In this document: piece by piece, positions 13,067 through 25,367 of the stretch | Layout of the letters: every line of letters starts with the position of its first letter | Numbering within the stretch: position 1 is the stretch's first letter | DNA from: Octopus bimaculoides | Lineage: Eukaryota | NCBI RefSeq assembly: GCF_001194135.2 | Contig: NC_068983.1 | Location: 43,471,089-43,535,088 of the forward strand | Length of the DNA: 64,000 nt | Direction: 5' to 3' | Program-made: the position numbers and the translations under genes | The notes under the pieces: model-generated | Seen by the model: the letters and a program-made list of their open reading frames with translations, nothing else | What the model was told of the DNA's origin: nothing | The model's database searches: none

Positions 13067-14468
13067 CTGCACAAAAGAAAAAGATGAAACATGTCTGTCT
13101 GTCTTGTGAGTCACTACAGCAATGATGTTTTTCTCACTCCAATGTACATAAATGTTTTAACACAAGTCCATGAAGAGATTTTATTTCAGACAATGACACA
13201 GCATTAAACCTTCTAACAGTGTTCTTTTACTCTTTTACTTGTTTCAGTCATTTGACTGCAGCCATGTTGGAGCACCGCCTTAAGCTGAAGAAGGTGACCC
13301 CAGGACTTATACTTTGTAAGCCTAGTACATATTTTATCAGCCGCTTTTGCCGAACTGCTAAGTTACAGGGATGTAAACACACCAACATCGGTTATCAAGC
13401 GACGGTGGGTGAACAAACACAGATACACAAATATATACATACATACATACATATATATATACGACAGGCTTCTTTCAGTTTCCATTTACCAAATTCACTC
13501 ACAAGGCTTTGGTTGGCTCAAGGCTGTAGTAGAAGACATTTGCACAAGGTGCCATGCAGTGGATTTTCGTAACATAAGAGAAATATTTTTTTAATAATAT
13601 TTTCTAGAATTACTTTTTAGATGATGCAGTGCAAATCATAGATATTTTCTTCCTTTCTTCTTTTTTTTTTTTTTTGCGTTTNNNNNNNNNNNNNNNNNNN
13701 NNNNNNNNNNNNNNNNNNNNNNNNNNNNNNNNNNNNNNNNNNNNNNNNNNNNNNNNNNNNNNNNNNNNNNNNNNNNNNNNNNNNNNNNNNNNNNNNNNNN
13801 NNNNNNNNNNNNNNNNNNNNNNNNNNNNNNNNNNNNNNNNNNNNNNNNNNNNNNNNNNNNNNNNNNNNNNNNNNNNNNNNNNNNNNNNNNNNNNNNNNNN
13901 NNNNNNNNNNNNNNNNNNNNNNNNNNNNNNNNNNNNNNNNNNNNNNNNNNNNNNNNNNNNNNNNNNNNNNNNNNNNNNNNNNNNNNNNNNNNNNNNNNNN
14001 NNNNNNNNNNNNNNNNNNNNNNNNNNNNNNNNNNNNNNNNNNNNNNNNNNNNNNNNNNNNNNNNNNNNNNNNNNNNNNNNNNNNNNNNNNNNNNNNNNNN
14101 NNNNNNNNNNNNNNNNNNNNNNNNNNNNNNNNNNNNNNNNNNNNNNNNNNNNNNNNNNNNNNNNNNNNNNNNNNNNNNNNNNNNNNNNNNNNNNNNNNNN
14201 NNNNNNNNNNNNNNNNNNNNNNNNNNNNNNNNNNNNNNNNNNNNNNNNNNNNNNNNNNNNNNNNNNNNNNNNNNNNNNNNNNNNNNNNNNNNNNNNNNNN
14301 NNNNNNNNNNNNNNNNNNNNNNNNNNNNNNNNNNNNNNNNNNNNNNNNNNNNNNNNNNNNNNNNNNNNNNNNNNNNNNNNNNNNNNNNNNNNNNNNNNNN
14401 NNNNNNNNNNNNNNNNNNNNNNNNNNNNNNNNNNNNNNNNATGTAAACAGAAAAAGACTTCGACTTAC

Positions 14469-14501
14469 TGAATCCTGATGTTCTAAAGAACCTCCTAACA
14501 T
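14469..14501 (-). CDS. NME7: Candidate first coding exon of NME7 (MLGGSLEHQDS)
   Basis: ATG at 14501, 11 codons, strong donor CA|GTAAGT in phase 0 matching the 13066 acceptor. Directly downstream of a promoter-like motif cluster. No homology support, so inference only. Confidence 0.45.
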
Positions 14502-14588
14502 CGTGATGTAAGTAATTTCTTATTTTTTCAACGCAGAGAATTCTAAATCAAACTTATGAAAATCGAGCCATTTTCTTTTAGTTTGGAA

Positions 14589-14645
14589 GTTGTTGTTAGC
14601 AACGGTTCTAAACCGGAAGAATTTATAAATATCTCTTCCGGAAAC
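14589..14645. promoter_or_regulatory. Candidate NME7 proximal promoter: RFX X-box-like site plus two ETS-like CCGGAA motifs
   Basis: GTTGTTAGCAAC at 14592-14603, ACCGGAAG at 14612-14619 and TTCCGGAA at 14636-14643, about 100-140 bp upstream of the candidate ATG, in locally CpG-richer non-repeat DNA. Confidence 0.4.
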
Positions 14646-15384
14646 AACATTAAACCATTCACAGCTGACTTAGACGGGGCTTCTATGTGTTAGAAGCTTC
14701 GAAATGCTAGAAATAGCTGCCAGGTTTCTCCCAAATTACGGCGAGCTGTGTTTTAAAGAAGAAAGACGTATTGGTGTGATAGCCAAACAGAAAAGATCCA
14801 AGTTCTGGATCTGGATAATCTTTGCTGGAATGATCACAGTTGGAATAACTTTTGATGATACGTTTGCTCAATCTCGGGGTGCTAGGAGCTTCGAAATGCT
14901 AGAAATAGCAGCCAGATCATTTTGGTACTGTAGTTTTGGACCTGGGTGCGTTTGACCTCGGGGTAAACAACAACGGCGATAGTTATTCGCAATAAAGAAG
15001 AGGAAAATATATCCCAAGCGGTGCGAGTGTTATTACTTAAATAGACGTCAGGTAGATCCTATCATACAATGTAGTGAGACAAAATCTTCGATTTACTCAA
15101 ATTATCTATGCAATTCGTGAACAAAAGCTCCCTATATGTGTTTAAAATCTCAAAAACAAATATCGAGATTACTTTATTAAAAACTATTCAAGACGATGTG
15201 AGTGAATCTTTTAATCTTGTTTCAGTCCTTAGATTGCGGCCTAGCTGGGGCACTACCTTGAGGGATTTAGTACTAATTTTTTTTTAAGTCTAGAACTTAT
15301 TCTAATATCTCTCTTGTCGATCCACCGATGTTACGAGGTTGTAAACAAACCAACAGTTCTATATTTAAGAGATGAGGAATTATG

Positions 15385-15549
15385 TACATTATTTACATTT
15401 GACGGATATTTGTCCTCATCTTGTTTGTTGTTAACACGTTTCGGCTGATATACCTTCCAGCCTTCATCAGGTGTCTTGGGAAAATTTTTGAACCTGGGTT
15501 CTCATTGCTGAGGTATTTTTCGATGTTGTTGTTGTTATTATTATTATTA

Positions 15550-15607
<58 letters not shown>

Positions 15608-15672
15608 GTGGCGTAGTGGTTAAGAGCGCGGACTACTAACCCCAAGATTCCGAGGTCGATTCCAGCCAGCGA

Positions 15673-15717
<45 letters not shown>

Positions 15718-15866
15718 CAACAACATCTAAAAATACCTTAAGAATGAGAGCTCAGGTTTAAAATTTCCCCAAGACACCAGAAGAAGGCTGGAGTGTATAT
15801 CAGCCGAAACGTTGTGTTAACAACAAACAAGATGAGGACAAATATTTGTCAATTGTAAACAATGTA
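15385..15866. mobile_element. Inverted pair of Penelope-like terminal fragments around (TTA)n / tRNA-like head / (AAT)n
   Basis: 15385-15540 is the reverse complement of ~15715-15866. Each arm has a hammerhead-like core (CTGATGA or CAGAAGA...GGCTG/CAGCC...GAAACG). A/B-box-like segment at 15608-15676. Penelope assignment is inferred from the hammerhead type. Confidence 0.65.
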
Positions 15867-16399
15867 AACCAACATTGATTGTCAAGCAGTGTGCGCGAGA
15901 GAGGTACACAAGCACAAGGACACACACACACACACACACACTCACAGAAATGTATATATACATAATGGGCTTCCATAAAGTTTCGTTCTACCAAATTCAC
16001 TTACAAGGCATTGATCGACCAGGAGCTATAGAACATACTTGTCCAAGGTGTCTTGCAGTGGGATTGAACCGAAACCCACCTGGCTAAAGAACGAACTTCT
16101 TAATCACACAGTCATGTCTACGCCTTGTCTTTGAAGTAACAATCCTGTTTCAGCCCTCTTACATTTCCTAAGCGAAGCATAATATTCAACGAAATCCGGC
16201 AATTAAAATACTACAATATGTCTGTAAATAATACTTTCAACTTGTAAATTTATAAGTAAGGGAACGAATTTTGCTCGGGGAATGCAAACCCAGGTCCGAT
16301 GAAGTTTTTCAGGAGAATGTTCAAAGCGTTTTTATTGACCCATGAAAATTTTTGTGGGTGCTCTTGTAACCCTTGCATCTCTTGTTCCCGATCCTATGT

Positions 16400-17800
16400 G
16401 TGGCTTTTGAAACGTTGAAGAATGGGTACTGGTCCCCTAGCAAGACTAAGTTTTGATTTCGTTTGAGTCCTATCTCATTAAAGTATTAGAGAATGCTCGT
16501 GGGGTGGGGATGCTGGATGTTTCAACGCCCCAGCCTTGCAATTACCTGCGCTGATGGCATATCTTGGGGTCTCTAAAAAATTTAGAAAGGAACCAATTTC
16601 CTCTGACCTGATTATAGCTGAAATACAATGAATGGCGCGCTTGTGCTATCGTTGTGATTATTTATTTATTGGTTTTATTTGCCTTTATTCTTTATATTCC
16701 TTTTCCATTTTCTAACTGTTTACTTTTATATTTGACGTAACCACGAATCTGGTCTCCATCATCCTTTGTGTCAATACGCTCTTCAAAACCTTTCCATTAA
16801 CACTAACCAGTGATACTGGTTGGCACTGACCAATCCTTTTAACATACTTCACCCCTTCCGCAATATACTTCAAAGTGCTCATTATAACTCCTTTCCGGAT
16901 AGAGAGCCCATTCTAGCCAGCCTTTACCATTTGTAACACAGCATCAACCACCCTCAGTTGCATATCACCCACGTCAAACCTATACAGTGGTTTTATTGGT
17001 GTGCTCAAACCTGAGGTCGCCATGAGTGGCTCACTCCATTTCTCATCCGAACATGTGGATTTCAGCTATGCTTCCAGCTCTTATTTCAATACCTTCAGGA
17101 ATTCGAATGCTCTTTCTGCATGCATCGTCCTCTCAAATACATTTTGGTCTTTATAGAAATCCTTTCACCGTTTCTCTCGGTACTTCCTCTTCTGGAAATG
17201 TTATTCTGCCTTTCTCTTGTTTATGAACCTCCCCTTCACATCATCATAGAGCTCTAAACGGCCTGCTTTTATTTCTTCCTGAGCCTTCAACATCTGTCTC
17301 CAAAGAATTTTTTTTCTAGGCCTGAAATTCGCCAGCAGACGCCGCTTTCTTCGACAACTTCCATCCCAAATTGTTCGGTTTCCTCTACTCAACATGGACT
17401 TGGGGACTTGGCCCCAAATTCTTCCGTTGACCAATATTAACGCAGTTTTAGCACCCTCTGCTTCCCTTCACTTCACTCTTCAATTCCATCTTCATTCATT
17501 CTTCGTTTGTAGCTACCCGCTGACGGCTACAACATGAAAACCATCCTCTCTCCCTTCTCTTGTGCAGGGTGAGGGTCTGTAGTATTGTGGTTTGAAACCT
17601 AATATAAGGCTAACCGAATCCCGCATTTGCAACCTTTTACTTCCCCATAACCTAGTCTTGGGCACCACAATACCTCTCCACTCACCTTTATACACCCTCT
17701 TGCATATCTCGGGAAAATCTTCGGATCCCTGTCCACCACAACTTAAGCGGGAAGACGGTTGCAGTAGACGTTTTGTCAAGGAAGCACACACCCACCAATA
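16400..17800 (-). mobile_element. Highly decayed retroelement-like relic (tentative)
   Basis: Non-SINE, purine-rich on the minus strand, with broken coding-like stretches (ITFPEEEVPRETVKGFL, KSIRIPEGIEIRAGSIAEIH) interrupted by stops. No diagnostic motif recognised. Confidence 0.25.
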
Positions 17801-20457
17801 GGAGTTAAAACCTCTTTATCATTCCAGTAAGTATCAGAGACAACTGGAGGTACGCTTCGGTCTTATTAGCTGTCATCAGTGAATCATAGACTTCACTGTA
17901 CTGTAGAGACGAGAGAATCACTGAGTGTAGTATACTGGCAGGTGTGAAATGATGCCATATTTAGATAATTAATTTCTGTGGCTAATTACTCTCTGACGTC
18001 ACTTACATAAACACTACAACAATTAACTTCAGTAATTAACCATAGTAATTCATTCGCTAAAATATGTTGTTTCGATCCCAGTGACGACGAATGCGATGAC
18101 GTCACTATGACGACGAATACGATGAAGTCACTGCTTCGCTGAGGAGACCTAACAAAACGAAAACATGTCCAGAATTGTTTCCCATGTTCCCATGGTCATT
18201 GAGCAAACGTTGTCTTTTCTACACCACATAATTTTTCCTAAATAGAAATAATTATAAATTAAGTGTCATTGTGTTTCATCGTTACATTCTGAGTTCAAGT
18301 TCCCCCTATTCCAGTTAAAGCCCATAAAAGTGGACTCTGGTACACTCTGCTCCTCACCCATCTCCATAAATGATATGACCCAGTGTCTATATAAGATTTT
18401 ATTATTGCTAATTGTTTGGTCTTACTGTCGAAAGAAAGCTAACTCCAATGGTTTGCACCACTTAAATGTGTGGACTGGGAGAGACTCTATATCCGTTCCA
18501 CCTGCAAGAAATAACAGCTAAATTTCCCTTCAATCACATCTTAATGTCTTAAGGAGAGTACGCGCACGTTCTACGATGTGTTCCTAGATACACCGTGAGC
18601 TGAAAAGAGATGCCCACGAATGGAACCTTATATATATATATTACATACATACATATATATATGTGAGTGCATGTGTATATGCATATGTGTATATATATAT
18701 ATATATATNNNNNNNNNNNNNNNNNNNNNNNNNNNNNNNNNNNNNNNNNNNNNNNNNNNNNNNNNNNNNNNNNNNNNNNNNNNNNNNNNNNNNNNNNNNN
18801 NNNNNNNNNNNNNNNNNNNNNNNNNNNNNNNNNNNNNNNNNNNNNNNNNNNNNNNNNNNNNNNNNNNNNNNNNNNNNNNNNNNNNNNNNNNNNNNNNNNN
18901 NNNNNNNNNNNNNNNNNNNNNNNNNNNNNNNNNNNNNNNNNNNNNNNNNNNNNNNNNNNNNNNNNNNNNNNNNNNNNNNNNNNNNNNNNNNNNNNNNNNN
19001 NNNNNNNNNNNNNNNNNNNNNNNNNNNNNNNNNNNNNNNNNNNNNNNNNNNNNNNNNNNNNNNNNNNNNNNNNNNNNNNNNNNNNNNNNNNNNNNNNNNN
19101 NNNNNNNNNNNNNNNNNNNNNNNNNNNNNNNNNNNNNNNNNNNNNNNNNNNNNNNNNNNNNNNNNNNNNNNNNNNNNNNNNNNNNNNNNNNNNNNNNNNN
19201 NNNNNNNNNNNNNNNNNNNNNNNNNNNNNNNNNNNNNNNNNNNNNNNNNNNNNNNNNNNNNNNNNNNNNNNNNNNNNNNNNNNNNNNNNNNNNNNNNNNN
19301 NNNNNNNNNNNNNNNNNNNNNNNNNNNNNNNNNNNNNNNNNNNNNNNNNNNNNNNNNNNNNNTATATATATTCATATATGTATGTGTGCATGCATACACA
19401 TATATTTATACAAGCACCCTCCACACACGTATATGTAAGTAAACACTATCTACACGATAATTAATACTGTCCATTCTTTCTCATTACCTGTCAACTACCG
19501 TGTTAATATTAAAGAACCTTCACTCGTCTTGTAAAAAAAAAAACTGAAAAGCATTATTATTATTTATTTATCATAATTTCCCATCACCACCATTCTCATT
19601 TTCCTGTAACGAATAGAATATTTAATTTTTTGTTGAAACTATTTGGTAATTATAACTAAAACAACTATACACACAGCACTTAACCTTGTATCTTTCTCTC
19701 TCTTCTTCCCTGCCTGTTTCTACTCGCACTCACTTTCTCCTTTCCTCTTTCTATCTTTCTCGTGTTCTCTCTTCCCCCTCTCTCTGCCTGTCTCTGTTTT
19801 TTTCCCTCCCTCTCCTGCTTAGCTGCTTCTTTCACCAAGTAGTAATGTTTTTGTGTTTCGTGTGGCAGTAAAACTTCCAACTCACTTAGCTCTGGTTTCT
19901 GTAAGTACTTTCACCGCTTTTATTTATATATAAATAGATAGATATAGATATAATATATGTGATTGCGATTTCGTTGTTTCATTTAAGTTTTGCTTAACCT
20001 GTTATAATACTTTAAATCTTGTCAGGTAATTTATAACAACACTCCCCTAGTTTATGTATGTATTCATTTGATAAATTCATTTCTTGCAATAAATATTACT
20101 ATTAGTAGTAGTAGTATTAAAACCAACTTATTCTAACACTTTGTGTAAAATCTTACAATCTCTAACAATCTTGGTATTTAAAACAACATAATCGATCTTT
20201 TATGTAAAAAAAAAAGACAAACTAATTTCAACGAGGTACATACATCTGCCAATATATAGGTTAAAAGTACAATATTTATGCATTCGACATATATAAATGT
20301 TTCACTACACATTGTTCTTTGTTATTTAATTTGATTTTAATCAACTGAAATCTTAAAAACAACGGCTGATAGGGAACGTTTAATTTATATTTTATAAGAA
20401 ACCTGAACTTTAACTAGACTTCAAACGTTACCTGTGCCAATATATTTATATATATAA

Positions 20458-20502
<45 letters not shown>

Positions 20503-23500
20503 GTGTGTGTGTGTGTGTGTGTGTATAGTAAATATATTATGTGTATGTATGTATATGCAATTTGTTTACATCTTGAGAATTTAGAAAGTTCAGGAGATAT
20601 AAAATACATCGTTTTGATCGAACTCGAAGTAAATAAAGCTATAAATAACTGTGTGGAACATTGGATTGAGAAACCTCTTAGATGAGAAAAAAAAAAGTCT
20701 TCGACTCTCGATTCCTCCATTCTTCTTTTTCTTCATTCTAGTCATCTCTTCCACGTAATCATTTATTTCGTCACTTTTTAAACGACAGCCAAATGTTTTA
20801 AGCAATTATATATAAATACATATAGACACACACTGCTCACACCCACACACGAAAACGGCGACCAGTTCCTTAATATTACACCTTTCTAATACATCAGTCA
20901 TATCCATTCTTGATTTTATCTCTTCGCCACGATCTCTCTCCCACTATCTATCACACAGACACAGAAATATGTATGTATACACACTCATTATATATATATA
21001 GATAATACATACATACACACATATAGATACGCACACGTCCGTTTTAGTTGTAGTTCTTATATTTTTATTATGGTAATTGAAAGCAAATCCTCTTCATTTA
21101 GAATATATATTTTTCATTCTCTCTCTGTCTGTCATTAATAATGATAATAATCTACAGTTATACATGCGCGTGTTTGTATGTATGTTATATATATATAGTG
21201 TGTGCGTGCGCGCGTATGAAGTAGTACATCGCTAATATAATGCACACACCAGACACATGTCCATTTCGCCTCCACACATGACAAATGCTGTCGTTTCCAT
21301 GTTTTTTTTTCTTTTTTGGAAAAGCACGAACACACATACACTCTCTCTCCTATATATATATATATATGTATATGTATGTGTATAAAGTGGCACACCGCTG
21401 TATTTAAATACACTCCAACACATGTTTATTCCGCCTCCTCCCTTCCACCATATATGTATATATTTGATTACGTAAATTTTAATTCTTTAAAGACTAATTT
21501 AACTTTTGTATATGAACCAAAAGCGAAAAGAAAAAGAAAGAAAGCTTAATTCCTCTAATTAAACACAATTAGTTCTATCTATCTATCTAGCTACAAATAG
21601 ATAGATAGATTTGTCGTTTGTCTTTTCTTCTCAGTCACACGAAAACAATTGGTATGGAAATGTAATTGACAACGGATTTTGTATTTACTTCATTCTGCCT
21701 TTTCATTGCTTTCAATTTTCCCATCGTATGCGGCTAATAAATCTCTTTTCTGTATAATAGAGTAAAAGATATATAACGGTATGCGTTTACAAAAGCGTCG
21801 AGCAGAGTGAAACCTTTTTGATTTGTAAGCTTTTGTAGGTGGTTAAAAATTGCATTGTAGTGAGTAAAAGCATTATTTAATTTTTTTTAGCATACATGTA
21901 GAAACAGTGAAATTATAACATTTAATTGGTTTAATTATACGTTATGAGCGGTTGAAAAACGAAACTTAGCATTCAGTTCCTTTCAGTTGAATATTTTGAC
22001 ATGGCGAAATTACAAAATAAATTTGATACTTTCGTTTTGCTTATTAAAAGCTTCACGAAAACGTCACGTTCGCCGACGCTATTGTATACTCTTAACACAA
22101 CATTAAGAATCTCGTAACATTACGTAGATGTGGAATTAACCAAACAAACAAAATACGTAAATCTTGTTGTTAGTGGTGACATTTGCTTATATAATAAATG
22201 TAGAAACGTGCTTGATATATTTGTAAGATATACAGGAAATATCAACACCGAGACAGATATAAAAGTATAAAAACTTTCTTCAGCCTTTTTAGAATATAAC
22301 TATATGTTATTCTTTTTCCCTTTTTTTTTTTTTTTGACGACCGTATCCCGAAGTGAACCATTTAGATGTCATTAATACGGACGACAATACCTTAGTGTTA
22401 TTATTTTTAACACTCACATCTACCCTGTGTATATTCCAATCATGACTAACCTGTCTTTTGAAAGATATCTCTGACTACACTACCGAATGTGTACTTTCTG
22501 TATTTAAACTCGGTGTGGTGTGATCTAAGTGAAATTTGCCTGCTATTTCTTGCAGGCCGGTTAACCGTAGAGGATCGCTTGGTGGCTCCAACAACGTGGA
22601 ATGCAGCTAAATATTTGAAATTATTCACACTACACCGTCGTTATCATTGTTTATTTAAGAATGTCAAAGCATTATCCTGCTCTGAATTTAACTGAATAGT
22701 TCTGAGAATCGTGATAATATTAATATATTTTTGTATCAGTTTATGGCCTGAATGAAAGAAGTATGTAGCGGTGAGGTAATTGTGCTCTCATTCGCACAAC
22801 TCTGTCCATTGTATGGCTAGGCGAAATGTGAGTGGGTGAGTGAACTGGTCGCTTATTCATCAAAAGGTGTCCTGGTATTTTGTTATTTGTCTTTGTGTTT
22901 CATTTTCGTTGTCCCCATCCATTTCCTCTCTCTCCCTGTGTGTGTGTGTATAAGCATGGCTGTACGGTAAGAAGTTTGCTTCCCAACCACATGATTCTGG
23001 GTTCAGTCCCATTGCAAGTGTCTTCTACAATGGCCTCAGGCCAACCAAAGCCTTGTGTTCAGTCCCATTGCATAGTACCTTGGGCAAGTGTCTTCTACAA
23101 TGGCCTCAGACCAACCAAAGCCTTGTGAGAGGATTTGGTAAATGGAAACTAAAAAAAAAAAAAAACCTATTGTATATACAGGGCCGGCTCAAGGTACAGG
23201 CAACTCAGGCAGTCGCCTGGGGTGCCATGTTCTGGGGGGTGACAAAGACAAGGAAATTTCCACAACCGTAGGCTTGTACACGCTGAAGTTCAGCTTGCCC
23301 GGGGCGCCAACAACGCTAGGGTCGGCCCTGCGTACATATGTATGTACGTGCATCTTTGTGTCTGTATGACAACCGGTGTTGGTGTGTTTAATCTCCATGA
23401 CATAATGGTTCAACAAAAGAGACCGATAGAATAAGTACCAGGTTTGAAGAAAAATACTGGGGTCAATTCATTAGACTGAAATTCTTCAGAGGTGGTGCCC

Positions 23501-23754
23501 CGGCATGGCTGCAGTCATGACTGAAACAAGTGAAAGATAAAAGTGTGAAAAAAAAAAGCCTCTTAAAAGCTACATTAGTAACTTAAGGACTTAGAGTTTC
23601 ATACTAAAGCGCATACATATACATACAAGCTGGCAAACCTGATTATAAAGCTCTACATGCATGAATAAATGCTAAACAATAACATAACCGAAAAATTTAA
23701 TCGCTAGAAGTTTTCCATAACAACTTTCCGTTACAAACTAACATACACTCCTAA

Positions 23755-23973
23755 CCTTTTTGATACCAACCTGGCTGAAACTGGCCCTGTAATACAAATG
23801 TCTTGCTTCCATAAGTTTTGAATGAAAATTTTCCACCAAACCTTAGTCATAATTTATGTTCCTAGCACTAGCTTAATGATAACTAAGTTATTTTACTAAA
23901 TTCTTTGTTATATTTAAAGTAATTGAAAGAAACACTAAACATCTCAAAATAAATAAATACAGTAACGAAAGGG
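23755..23973. mobile_element. piggyBac-type MITE, same family
   Basis: Sequence matches the 36145 copy and ends AAAGGG|TTAA. Other copies lie at ~9141-9332 and 40632-40853, with a partial copy at ~42030-42128. Confidence 0.8.
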
Positions 23974-24357
23974 TTAATTATCAAACAAGTCTCAGCTTAC
24001 CCTAGAAAATATTAACTAAACAGTGATTATATAAAACTAAGATGAACTCAAATGTACCACAGTTCAATGATGCCTTAGCTGGCTGAAACTTCGAAGTCAC
24101 TGTCAATAATATTCTTGTTAAAGAAGAATAAATTTATGCTCTACTATTAAGTAATCCTTCAGTTTAACGTAAAACTGTTTTTGTTCAGGAGTGACTGTGT
24201 GGTAAGTAGCTTGGTTACGAACCACATGGTTCCAGGTTCAGTCCCACTGTGTAGCACCTTGGGCGAGTGTCTTCTACTATAGCCATGGGCTGACCAAAAG
24301 CCTTGTGAGTGGATTTGGGAGGCGGAAACTGAAAGAAGCCCATCGTATATATGTATG

Positions 24358-24402
<45 letters not shown>

Positions 24403-25321
24403 CACACACATATGTGTGTCTGTGTTTGTCCCCCTGCCATCTGATGTTGGTGTATTTACGTCCTCGTAACTTAGCACTTTGGTAAAAAGAGATCAGTAGA
24501 ATAAGTACTAGGCTTACGAAGAATAAGTTCTGGGGTCGATTTGTTTGACTAAAGGCGGTGTTCCAGCATGGCCACAAATGACTGAAACAAATAAAAGAAT
24601 AACAGAATACAAAACATAAAGCAGACATTTGTGTGTGTGTGAGGGTGCCTGGCCTAGTGGTTAGGGTGTTGCACTCATGATAATGAGCTCAGAGTTTCAG
24701 TCCCTGGACCAAGAAGTGTATCGTACTTTTAAGCAGATCACTTCATCTCTCATTGCTCTGCAATCACTTCCGCACCTGTTCTGCGAAGAATCCTGATGTA
24801 GACTAGTGCATTTCCCTATAACTCATCTCTTTGACAGAATTGCAGTCAACTGTGGGTCAACGAAGGGTCATGATTGGGCACTTGGCATCTATAACATGGT
24901 CAGGTGTTCATATGTTTTTACTAGGTGGGCAGCGCCATTGGTGATATGTCAAGTGGTGTACCCCTTAAAGCTGTGATTCTGAAACTAATTTTGGCCCCTT
25001 CCTTCATGTTCTAACCCAGTGTTTCCCAACCATTTTGTTACCCATGAACCCTTTTGGTTCCTATTTTCCTTAAGTGGATCCTTGTAATCATTCAATGTTT
25101 AAAAAAAGCCTGTTGTATTTCCATAATTAAATATTATTAATAATTGTATTAAAATATTTTGTGTATATGTTTGTGTCTGTGTTTGTCCCCCCCCCCAATC
25201 ATCACCTGACAACCGATGTTGGTGTGTTTACACCCCCGTAACTTAGCACTTTGGTCGATTTGCTCGACTAAAGGCGGTGCTCCAGCATGGCCGCAGTGAA
25301 ATGACTGAACAAGTAAAAGAG

Positions 25322-25367
<46 letters not shown>

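Noticed and set aside
14693-14912. Direct repeat of agcttcgaaatgctagaaatagc.gccag (~14695 and ~14887)
   Set aside because: Resembles a common repeat tail seen elsewhere in the window (e.g. ~43200). No evidence of a specific function.
15608-15676. Possible tRNA gene
   Set aside because: It has A/B-box-like motifs but no convincing acceptor stem or complete cloverleaf, so it is treated as a SINE head.
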